Below are positions 9,309 through 16,061 of a stretch of DNA of 32,000 nucleotides, in pieces. Position numbers and translations under genes: made by a program. The DNA is from an uncultured Chloroflexia bacterium (lineage in GTDB: Bacteria > Chloroflexota > Anaerolineae > Anaerolineales > Anaerolineaceae): contig OY969938.1 in assembly GCA_963704755.1 (NCBI GenBank), positions 4,200,001 to 4,232,000 of the forward strand, read 5' to 3'. The notes beneath the pieces were generated by a model that was given only the letters and a program-made list of their open reading frames with translations, ran no database searches and was not told the DNA's origin. Position 1 is the stretch's first letter. The number at the start of each line of letters is the position of its first letter.

Positions 9309-10710
9309 GCTCCGACCGGCTTTGATCGTTGCCCGCCGGGAAGTCCGCGACCAGTTCCGCGATTGGCGCATCATTTTCCCGATCATCTTCCTGACCCTGT
9401 TTTTCCCGTTCTTGATGAACTGGACCGCCCAGATCATGCTGAATTTTGTGCGCGGCTACGGCGCCAGCATTATCGGCGAGCGGATGGTGCCATTTTTGCT
9501 GATGATCGTCGGCTTTTTCCCGATCTCGACCTCGCTGGTGATCGCCCTGGAGAGTTTCGTCGGCGAAAAAGAACGCGGCAGCATCGAGCCGCTGCTCAGC
9601 TCGCCGCTAAAAGATTGGCAGCTATACCTGGGCAAGCTGCTTTCCTCCACCGCGCCGCCGCTTTTGGGTAGCTTTACCGGCATGGCGGTTTACCTGGCCG
9701 GGCTGGCCCTCAGCCACGTCGCTTTACCGGACGCTAATTTGCTGGTGCAAATCCTGGTTTTGACCGTGGTCCAGGCGGTGGTGATGGTCAGTGGAGCGGT
9801 GGTCGTTTCCACCCAGGCGACCTCGGTGCGGGCCTCGAACCTGCTGGCCTCTTTCATTGTCATCCCCATGGCCTTACTGGTACAGGGCGAGAGTGTGGTC
9901 ATGTTCTGGGGCCGCAATACCCTGTCCCTGTGGTGGATCGTTCTCGGACTGGCCGTGCTGGCGGCTTTGCTGGTGCGGGTGGGGTTGTCGCACTTCCAGC
10001 GCGAAGAGCTTTTAGGCCACGAACTGGACGTTTTGAACCTGCGCTGGGGCTGGCATGTATTCAAAAGCGCTTTTAGCGGCGGGGCGAGGAATATCCTGGA
10101 TTGGTTCGGAAAAGCCTGGCGAGACGTGTTCTCGCGGATGAAATGGACCCTTCTGGCGGTGACGGGGGTGACGGTCGCGTCGGTTTTCCTGGGCGCCGGT
10201 GAGGCGGCTGTTTTCCCGATTCACTTTTCGACCAGTGTGCTGCCGGAGCGACTGCAAGAGATTACCTCGATCTTCCCACTGGTCTCACCTTTACCGGTCA
10301 TGATGATTTTCTGGCAGAATCTGCGGGTGCTGCTGCTGGGGCTGGTGTTGGGGATACTGTCGTTTGGCGTGCTGGGAATTGTCCCGGTGTTGGCCACGAT
10401 GGGCCTGAGCGGCTACCTGGTCCAGATCCTGGTAAACAATGGGCTGCACAATGTGCCGCTCATTCTGGGATTTTTCCTGCCGCACGGCATCCTGGAAATC
10501 CCGGCGATGATCATTTCGTGCGCCGCGGTGCTGCACATTGGCTTACGATTGGCTACACCTCGCAGCGGCAAAACCGTCGGTGAGGTTTTCCTGACCTCGC
10601 TGGCGGAGTGGGTGAAGATCACCCTGGCCGTAGTAATCCCCCTGCTGCTGGTGGCCGCCTTCCTCGAGGCCTGGGTCACGCCGCGGGTCGTTTTAGCGTT
10701 ACTCCATTGA
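9298..10710 (+). CDS. ABC-2 type permease fused to a SpoIIM/DUF95-like membrane domain
   Basis: The N-terminal half carries the EKERGSIEPLLSSPL motif of ABC-2/NatB-like permeases. The C-terminal half carries FFLPHGILEIPAMIISCAAVL, typical of SpoIIM-like proteins. ATG 9298 overlaps the ATPase stop. Confidence 0.7.
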   Translation: MALELRPALIVARREVRDQFRDWRIIFPIIFLTLFFPFLMNWTAQIMLNFVRGYGASIIGERMVPFLLMIVGFFPISTSLVIALESFVGEKERGSIEPLLSSPLKDWQLYLGKLLSSTAPPLLGSFTGMAVYLAGLALSHVALPDANLLVQILVLTVVQAVVMVSGAVVVSTQATSVRASNLLASFIVIPMALLVQGESVVMFWGRNTLSLWWIVLGLAVLAALLVRVGLSHFQREELLGHELDVLNLRWGWHVFKSAFSGGARNILDWFGKAWRDVFSRMKWTLLAVTGVTVASVFLGAGEAAVFPIHFSTSVLPERLQEITSIFPLVSPLPVMMIFWQNLRVLLLGLVLGILSFGVLGIVPVLATMGLSGYLVQILVNNGLHNVPLILGFFLPHGILEIPAMIISCAAVLHIGLRLATPRSGKTVGEVFLTSLAEWVKITLAVVIPLLLVAAFLEAWVTPRVVLALLH

Positions 10711-10765
10711 CAAAGGGTTTGATATTTTTTCGTGGTTTCACCACGAAAAAATATCAAACCCTTTG
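10711..10765. repeat. 55-nt perfect palindrome (25-bp arms, loop TTTCA) abutting the permease stop codon
   Basis: CAAAGGGTTTGATATTTTTTCGTGG-TTTCA-CCACGAAAAAATATCAAACCCTTTG, read directly from the sequence. The arm is loosely similar to the GGGTGTTTTTATT family. Confidence 0.9.
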
Positions 10766-10876
10766 TTTCTACTCAGGCTAGTTCGGAAATTAGGGGTGTT
10801 TTTATTATTTTTCACGTGCGAAGCACGTGAAAAATAATAAAAACACCCCACTCTTTTGCGGCAGATGAGGAGTTAC
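10765..10876. repeat. Nested-palindrome element, copy A (outer inverted repeats plus 57-nt perfect core palindrome)
   Basis: Outer GTTTCTACTCAGGC (10765-10778) and AGATGAGGAGTTAC (10863-10876). Core 10793-10849 is GGGGTGTTTTTATTATTTTTCACGTGC-GAA-GCACGTGAAAAATAATAAAAACACCCC. 10769-10785 is the exact reverse complement of 11513-11529. Confidence 0.8.
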
Positions 10877-10889
10877 ACCGCATTTTAAG

Positions 10890-11393
10890 TTACCAGCCCT
10901 TCAGGTAAGGCTCCCATTCGGCATTTTCGTTAAGGTGGCGGCCGAAGACAAACACAGCCGAGGCGGTCGGCTCGACCGGTACGCGCTGAGGCTTCATATT
11001 GGCCTCTACCAGGGTACGCCCACCTTTGCGGTGGTTACAGGCGGCGCAGGCCGTAACCACGTTTTCCCAGGTGTGTGGACCGCCCATGTGGCGCGGGATG
11101 ATATGGTCGATGGTCAGGTTGGCAGTACGGCTGCCACAATACTGGCAAGTATAGTTATCTCGCCGGAAGATTTCCCGGCGGGTCAATTTGACATGCGGGC
11201 GAGGACGGTGGATCATTTGCTGCAAACGAATGATCGATGGGCGAGGAAATTCAGCGTTGACGGTGCGGATGTACCCACGCCCATTCAATACCAGCGCAGC
11301 CCGGTTCGTCATGATCAACCCGATGGCACGGTGCATGTTGCAGACGTTAATCGGTTCGAAATTGGCATTGAGGACCAGGACATTCTCGATCAT
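10890..11393 (-). CDS. HNH endonuclease
   Basis: CQYCGSRTANLTIDHIIPRHMGGPHTWENVVTACAACNHRKG is a CxxC..DH..N..CxxC-N HNH zinc-finger nuclease motif. 167 aa, ATG start. Confidence 0.85.
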   Translation of the reverse strand: MIENVLVLNANFEPINVCNMHRAIGLIMTNRAALVLNGRGYIRTVNAEFPRPSIIRLQQMIHRPRPHVKLTRREIFRRDNYTCQYCGSRTANLTIDHIIPRHMGGPHTWENVVTACAACNHRKGGRTLVEANMKPQRVPVEPTASAVFVFGRHLNENAEWEPYLKGW

Positions 11394-11512
11394 AGTACAC
11401 TCTTTCGAAGGATTATAGCACTACGGAAGTTTGTGGTTGGCTATAATAAGGTTAAGAATTGTTAAACATAATGGCTCAGGTTAAATGGAACTGCTCAGTT
11501 CCCCCTATTTTT

Positions 11513-11533
11513 CGAACTAGCCTGAGTAGTTAC
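11513..11533. repeat. Partial element end (inverted-repeat partner of the left end of copy A)
   Basis: CGAACTAGCCTGAGTAG (11513-11529) is the exact reverse complement of 10769-10785. GCCTGAGTAGTTAC (11520-11533) pairs with GTAACTACTCAG (11541-11552) across the loop TAAATAT. Confidence 0.75.
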
Positions 11534-11540
11534 TAAATAT

Positions 11541-11654
11541 GTAACTACTCAGCCATCGCAGAAGAAAAAGGGTGTTTTTATTATTTTTTACATTCGAAGC
11601 ATGTAAAAAATAATAAAAACACCCTCCCCTTCTGAGCCTGCCTGAGTAGTTACC
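11541..11654. repeat. Nested-palindrome element, copy B
   Basis: Outer GTAACTACTCAGCC (11541-11554) and GCCTGAGTAGTTAC (11640-11653), with 14-nt spacers. Core 11569-11625 is AGGGTGTTTTTATTATTTTTTACAT-TCGAAGC-ATGTAAAAAATAATAAAAACACCCT. TAAATAT lies on both flanks. Confidence 0.8.
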
Positions 11655-11680
11655 TAAATATTTTATGAAAGGGCGCTGAC

Positions 11681-12595
11681 ATGAAATGGATCCTGGCAGG
11701 CGGCACCGGTTTGATCGGGACTGCCTTGTGCAAGCAACTTTTGGCCGAGGGGGAGCAGGTATGGGTGCTCAGCCGCAACCCGCAGCCTTCGGGGCTGCCG
11801 GCCGGGGCAGAGGGTTGGCGTTGGGACGGGCGCACCCCGGATGGCTGGGGTCACCTGGTCGAGGAGGCGGATTACATTGCCTGCCTGGCAGGGGAAAACC
11901 TGGGCGCCGGCCGCTGGACGGCTTCCCGCAAACGGGCTTTCTACACCAGCCGGGTCGAACCCGGCCAGGCGATTGTCGAGGCGGTCCGGCGGGCCAATCA
12001 TAAGCCGCGTGCGGTATTGCAAGCTTCGGCAGTTGGATATTACGGCAATAGCGGCGATACGGTTCTGACGGAGCAGTCGCCGGCCGGCCCGGATTACCTG
12101 TCCCAACTGGTGGTCGATTGGGAAAATAGTACGGGCGGGTTGGAGGGTCTCGGTCTGCGCCGGGTGATCACCCGCACCGGGATCGTCCTGGCCCGCGGGG
12201 GCGAGATCCTGAATAAATTTAGGCTGCCGTTTCGCTTTTTCGTGGGCGGCCCGTTGGGAAGCGGCCGACAGTGGCTGCCCTGGATCCACCTGCAGGACCA
12301 GATAAGCGCGATGATTTCCCTGATGCGGAACGAATCCGCCCAAGGGGTATACAACCTGACCGGGCCCAACCCGGTCCGCAATGCCGAATTTGGCAAAGCG
12401 CTGGGTCAGGTGATGCGCCGGCCATACTGGATGCCGGTGCCGGCCTTTGCCCTGCGCCTGGCGCTGGGCGAAATGAGCCAAATGGTCCTGGAAGGTCAGC
12501 GGGCGGTGCCGGCCCGTTTGTTGGAATCGGGCTTTTCGTTTAAATATCCGGAGTTGGAACCGGCGCTGCGGGATTTGTTGGGGAAGGGGAAATAA
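11681..12595 (+). CDS. TIGR01777/YfcH-type SDR epimerase family protein
   Basis: N-terminal Rossmann motif GGTGLIGTAL and a C-terminal DUF1731-like LESGFSFKYPELEPALRDLL. The large antisense ORF 11663-12661 is treated as a shadow. Confidence 0.8.
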   Translation: MKWILAGGTGLIGTALCKQLLAEGEQVWVLSRNPQPSGLPAGAEGWRWDGRTPDGWGHLVEEADYIACLAGENLGAGRWTASRKRAFYTSRVEPGQAIVEAVRRANHKPRAVLQASAVGYYGNSGDTVLTEQSPAGPDYLSQLVVDWENSTGGLEGLGLRRVITRTGIVLARGGEILNKFRLPFRFFVGGPLGSGRQWLPWIHLQDQISAMISLMRNESAQGVYNLTGPNPVRNAEFGKALGQVMRRPYWMPVPAFALRLALGEMSQMVLEGQRAVPARLLESGFSFKYPELEPALRDLLGKGK

Positions 12596-12617
12596 GTTTT
12601 TGCGGCGATTACAAATC

Positions 12618-12680
12618 GTAGGTTGGGTTGGCGGGGATTGGGAAGTTTTTGTGCGTGTCATAACTCCCCGCTAACCCAAC
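12618..12680 (+). repeat. REP-like hairpin, left (GTAG plus 16-bp arms, 27-nt loop)
   Basis: GTAG (12618-12621), then GTTGGGTTGGCGGGGA (12622-12637) pairing with TCCCCGCTAACCCAAC (12665-12680), with one G.T position. Confidence 0.75.
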
Positions 12681-12682
12681 GG

Positions 12683-12711
12683 GTGGCACAAGTTTCAAAC
12701 TCCTCTATAAT
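12683..12711 (+). promoter_or_regulatory. Candidate promoter giving a leaderless RAYT mRNA
   Basis: GTGGCA (12683-12688), a 17-nt spacer, then TATAAT (12706-12711). The ATG at 12718 is only 6 nt after the -10 box, and no Shine-Dalgarno sequence is visible. Confidence 0.3.
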
Positions 12712-12717
12712 AACCAC

Positions 12718-13257
12718 ATGGATTATCGTCGTACCGTTGCACCTGGGGGAACATTCTTTTTTACGGTGGTAACCTGGAATCGGATGCCAGTTTTTTCTGA
12801 CCCCAACCAAATCGATTTGCTCCGCAAGGCAGTAAGTAAAGTTAAAAAGGATCATCCTTTTCGTATAATCGCCTGGGTAATCTTGCCGGATCATTTACAC
12901 ATGATCTGGCGGCTTCCTGTAAACGATAGCGATTACGCAACACGATGGCGGCTGATAAAAAGCCAATTTACCCATCAGTGGAATGGGAAAGATGCGCAGC
13001 TTGTTTCAAGATCTCGCAAAATGAAGCACGAAGCTGCTGTTTGGCAACGCCGTTATTGGGAGCATCTAATCCGGGACGTGAATGATCTTGACAGACATAT
13101 TGAATATATTCATTACAATCCGGTAAAGCACGGTGTAGTTAAAGCCCCAATTGCCTGGCCATTTTCGAGTTTTAGCGAATATGTACATAGGGGTATTTTT
13201 ACACCGGAATGGGGAGCAAGCAACGATCCGGTTTGCGGCGTTATGGTGATTGAATGA
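12718..13257 (+). CDS. REP-associated tyrosine transposase (RAYT; IS200/IS605 TnpA-like Y1 HUH enzyme)
   Basis: HUH motif within ILPDHLHMIW. Catalytic Tyr region RRYWEHLIRDVNDLDRHIEYIHYNPVKHGVV. 179 aa. Confidence 0.85.
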   Translation: MDYRRTVAPGGTFFFTVVTWNRMPVFSDPNQIDLLRKAVSKVKKDHPFRIIAWVILPDHLHMIWRLPVNDSDYATRWRLIKSQFTHQWNGKDAQLVSRSRKMKHEAAVWQRRYWEHLIRDVNDLDRHIEYIHYNPVKHGVVKAPIAWPFSSFSEYVHRGIFTPEWGASNDPVCGVMVIE

Positions 13258-13278
13258 TTCCAGGCGATTTGCCGAAAT

Positions 13279-13345
13279 GTTGGGTTTTGGGGTGGATTAT
13301 TGTTAACAAAAAAACCTTAAATTCTCACCCCAAAACCCAACCTAC
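13279..13345 (-). repeat. REP-like hairpin, right (GTAG plus 16-bp arms, 31-nt loop, inverted relative to the left copy)
   Basis: On the minus strand: GTAG (13345-13342), then GTTGGGTTTTGGGGTG (13341-13326) pairing perfectly with 13294-13279. Confidence 0.75.
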
Positions 13346-13368
13346 GATTACCTGACACTATCTCAAAG

Positions 13369-13429
13369 AGGGGTGTTTTTTATTGTTATTCGCGGGCTTC
13401 GCCCGCGAATAACAATAAAAAACACCCCT
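13369..13429. repeat. Core-only copy C of the palindrome family (61 nt, 29-bp arms)
   Basis: AGGGGTGTTTTTTATTGTTATTCGCGGGC-TTC-GCCCGCGAATAACAATAAAAAACACCCCT, which is GCGAAGC on the minus strand. It sits 7 nt from the stop of the SEDS-PBP gene. No outer repeats were found. Confidence 0.85.
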
Positions 13430-13436
13430 AATTTAT

Positions 13437-16061
13437 TTACTGTTTTGCCGGGCTCAGCGCTGCATCTAACACCGAATGGCCGATCTGTTCGGCCAGATCG
13501 GGGTTGTTTTCTTCAAGCACCAGGGCGATGGCCAGGGGCTGCCCGTTCCAGGCCGGCAGGGTGCCGCCGACGTACCAGGTATATTCCTTTTGGCCGGAGC
13601 TGGCCTGGCCGATCGTCTCCCAGACGGGTAAATCGACCGAGGCTAAATTACTCACAGTGGCATCGAAGTTGGACTGGGTAATGACCTTCTCGGACGGATC
13701 CGAGGGCAAGACCACCCAACCTTGTTGGGGAGTTTGGACCGAGATCACCAGCAGGGGGCTGGGACGTACACCGTGGTTGCTGAGAGTGGCTGCAGCGAGG
13801 GCCATTTGCAACGGCGATACCTGGATCCCGGATGCCCCCAAAATGGCCTGGCCCGCGTCCTTGACCGGTTCGTTCGGGCTGGCGGTGGCAACCGGCAGGC
13901 GTAGATTGGGTTGGTTGTAGAAGCCAAAATCAGTGAACATTTCCTGGATCTGGCTGGCAGTGATCAGGCCGTCGAAACTGGCCAGGGCGCCCGGACAGCC
14001 GGCCTGGATGGCGGTTTCCCAGGTCAGCGGCGCCTGGGGCGTTACCGAACAGGTCTGTAGCTTGCCGTCCACCGTCAGGGAAAGGCTCTTGGGCGCCTGG
14101 GAGGTCGTTTCTCCTAACCAGGCGTACAGGAATGGCCCCAGCACCGTTCCGGGCGGATATTGGCCCTGGGTGGCCCGATTCACTAAAGGCGCGTTGGCAT
14201 CGTTGATCCAGGTATTCCAGTTGGCGTCCAGGGTATTGGGATCGAAATAGGGGTGCGAGGCGAGGGACAGAATCTCACCGGTCTGGGCGTTGAGCAGCAC
14301 CAGGGCGCCGGAGTGATCGCCCAAGAGGCTGTCGGCTTCCTGTTGTAAATTCAAATCCAGGCTCAGGCGGATGTCGAGGCCGTTGGGCGGTTGGGTATAG
14401 ATCAGCCGCGAAAGCCAGTAGGTTGAAGCCGGGACGCCCTGCTGCCCGGACAGGTAAGCATTGAGGGTGTCTTCCAGCCCGGATTTTCCGTAGGTGCTAT
14501 TCGCATAGCCGATAGTGGTGCTGAGGGGCGGGTAAAGCAGGCTGCGGGTGTAATTTCCCGGCGTCCCAACGGTCACGGCAATATCCTGGCTGCGGCGGTC
14601 GAGGAGCGAGCCACGCGGGACGAAACGCTCATCGATGATCCAGCGCAGGTTGTCCGTGCGGGCCAGCAGCCCGTCCGAGCGAATGACACCCCACCAGCCG
14701 GCGATCAACCCCAAGGCGCCAAAGCCGCACAGGAGCAGCCCGGAGGTCGCCAGGTACGAACTGGGATGGAGGGCAGGGAGGGGCGGGGGCTCTTCCGGCC
14801 GTCCGATCAATAGGAGCAGTGTCAGCGAAACGAACGAAATCAATAAAGACGATCCGCCATAGGAGACGAATGGCAAGGTGACCCCGGTGAGCGGCAGCAG
14901 GCGGAAGTTGCCGCCCAGGATCAAAATAGCTTGCAGCCCGAAATAGATCGAAATGCCAAAAGCCAGCAGGCGTTGATACAGGTTAGGTGCCTGGATGCCG
15001 ATGCGCAGGCCGCGGAAGCATAACAGCGTAAAGAGCAAAATGATCGCCAGGATGCCCATCAAGCCGGTCTCTTCGGTAATCGCCGAGGCGATAAAGTCAC
15101 TATGCGCCAGCGGTACCAGCCCGGGACTTCCCAGGCCGGGGCCAGAGCCGATCAGCCCACCGGCGGCGATCGAGATCAAGGATTGGACGATCTGGTATGA
15201 GCGGTTGGCCGAATTGGCCCAGGGGTTCAGCCAGGCGTCGACGCGCAGGCGGATGACGTCGAAGGACAGATAGCCGGCAACAACCGCAGCGACCAGGGCG
15301 ACCCCGCAGATGATCAAGATCCGCCGCCGCCCGGAAGCCATGAATACCACCAGGGTGTAGATCGCCACAACCAGGGTCGCGGTACCCAGGTCGCGTTGGG
15401 CGACCAGTAGCAAAGCGGCCGCGCCGGTCACCACCAGGGTGGGGGTGAGCAATTGGCCGAGGCTGTAACTGACCGGGAGTTTATCGGCCAGATAGGCGGC
15501 CAGGTAAATGACTAAAAGAAGTTTGAGCGGCTCGGAGGGTTGAAAGTACAGGCCACAGCAGCCCAACCACAGGCGCGGACCGACCCCACCGGGATATTTG
15601 CCAAAAACGAAGGTCAGCACGATCAGAAGCAGGCCGGCAGTCAGCCAGATGTACTTGTAGCGGCGCAGCAGGTTGAGCACCTGTGAGAAGTGCATGCCCA
15701 GTTCGATCACCAACAACCCGACTGCCAGCCAGACGGTCTGGCGCAGGCCTAAAGTAGTATCCAGCCGATAAATGGTCAGGATGCCCCAGCCGGTCAGCAA
15801 GCCGGCGATTGGCAGCAGGAAGGGGTCATGTTCGGGGGCGTAATGGTTTACCCGCCGGTAGATCAACGCGAAGCCGGCCAGCCAGACCAGGAACCCAATC
15901 CATTGGACCCAGCGGTAAGTAGTGTTCCAGGAATGCACCCGCACGGCCTGAGAAAGGGTCAGAATCAGGCTGTAGAGGAACAAAAACCCGGCCGCCAGTT
16001 TCATCAGGCGGGCTTCGAGTTCACTTTGAGGTGCGTTGACGCCGGGGAAAAACAGGTTCAC
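13437..16061 (-). CDS. SEDS (FtsW/RodA) glycosyltransferase fused to a class-B PBP-like domain with degenerate catalytic motifs
   Basis: N-terminal SEDS motifs PSEPLKLLLVIYLAAYL, HSDFIASAITEETGLMG and LPFVSYGGSSLL. C-terminal PBP2-like motifs RGSLLDRRSQ, GKSGLEDTLN, GALVLLNAQTGEILSLASHPYFDPN and VSPLQMALAAATLSNHG. The GTG start at 16061 overlaps the mtnP stop (GTGA). Confidence 0.85.
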   Translation of the reverse strand: MNLFFPGVNAPQSELEARLMKLAAGFLFLYSLILTLSQAVRVHSWNTTYRWVQWIGFLVWLAGFALIYRRVNHYAPEHDPFLLPIAGLLTGWGILTIYRLDTTLGLRQTVWLAVGLLVIELGMHFSQVLNLLRRYKYIWLTAGLLLIVLTFVFGKYPGGVGPRLWLGCCGLYFQPSEPLKLLLVIYLAAYLADKLPVSYSLGQLLTPTLVVTGAAALLLVAQRDLGTATLVVAIYTLVVFMASGRRRILIICGVALVAAVVAGYLSFDVIRLRVDAWLNPWANSANRSYQIVQSLISIAAGGLIGSGPGLGSPGLVPLAHSDFIASAITEETGLMGILAIILLFTLLCFRGLRIGIQAPNLYQRLLAFGISIYFGLQAILILGGNFRLLPLTGVTLPFVSYGGSSLLISFVSLTLLLLIGRPEEPPPLPALHPSSYLATSGLLLCGFGALGLIAGWWGVIRSDGLLARTDNLRWIIDERFVPRGSLLDRRSQDIAVTVGTPGNYTRSLLYPPLSTTIGYANSTYGKSGLEDTLNAYLSGQQGVPASTYWLSRLIYTQPPNGLDIRLSLDLNLQQEADSLLGDHSGALVLLNAQTGEILSLASHPYFDPNTLDANWNTWINDANAPLVNRATQGQYPPGTVLGPFLYAWLGETTSQAPKSLSLTVDGKLQTCSVTPQAPLTWETAIQAGCPGALASFDGLITASQIQEMFTDFGFYNQPNLRLPVATASPNEPVKDAGQAILGASGIQVSPLQMALAAATLSNHGVRPSPLLVISVQTPQQGWVVLPSDPSEKVITQSNFDATVSNLASVDLPVWETIGQASSGQKEYTWYVGGTLPAWNGQPLAIALVLEENNPDLAEQIGHSVLDAALSPAKQ

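Larger units (their letters stand above)
12614..13349 (+). mobile_element. REP-associated tyrosine transposase unit (RAYT gene flanked by inverted GTAG-hairpins)
   Basis: AATCGTAGGTTGGGTT (12614-12629) and its exact reverse complement AACCCAACCTACGATT (13334-13349) bracket the RAYT gene. Each lies at the base of a 16-bp-arm hairpin. Confidence 0.7.

Noticed and set aside
8432-9437. 230-aa and 327-aa minus-strand ORFs opposite the ABC ATPase and the permease start
   Set aside because: These are shadow ORFs. They are Arg/Pro/Ser-rich with no motifs, and the plus strand encodes canonical ABC motifs.
10793-10849. GAA-triloop core palindromes as ordinary rho-independent terminators
   Set aside because: On both strands the T-rich tract precedes the GC apex and the A-rich tract follows it, which is the opposite of hairpin-then-U-tract. 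One copy (11569-11625) lies between divergent gene starts, not at a 3' end. Only 26454-26512 is kept as a terminator candidate.
11663-12661. 332-aa minus-strand ORF covering the whole YfcH-type gene
   Set aside because: It is antisense to a gene with clear family motifs. Its translation is an R/P/Q/G-rich low-information sequence typical of shadow ORFs in GC-rich DNA.
10711-13429. Whether the recurring ~57-nt units could be a CRISPR array
   Set aside because: The spacing is irregular (tens of nt up to kilobases, with genes in between). The units are long perfect palindromes rather than 28-37-nt direct repeats. No cas genes are present.
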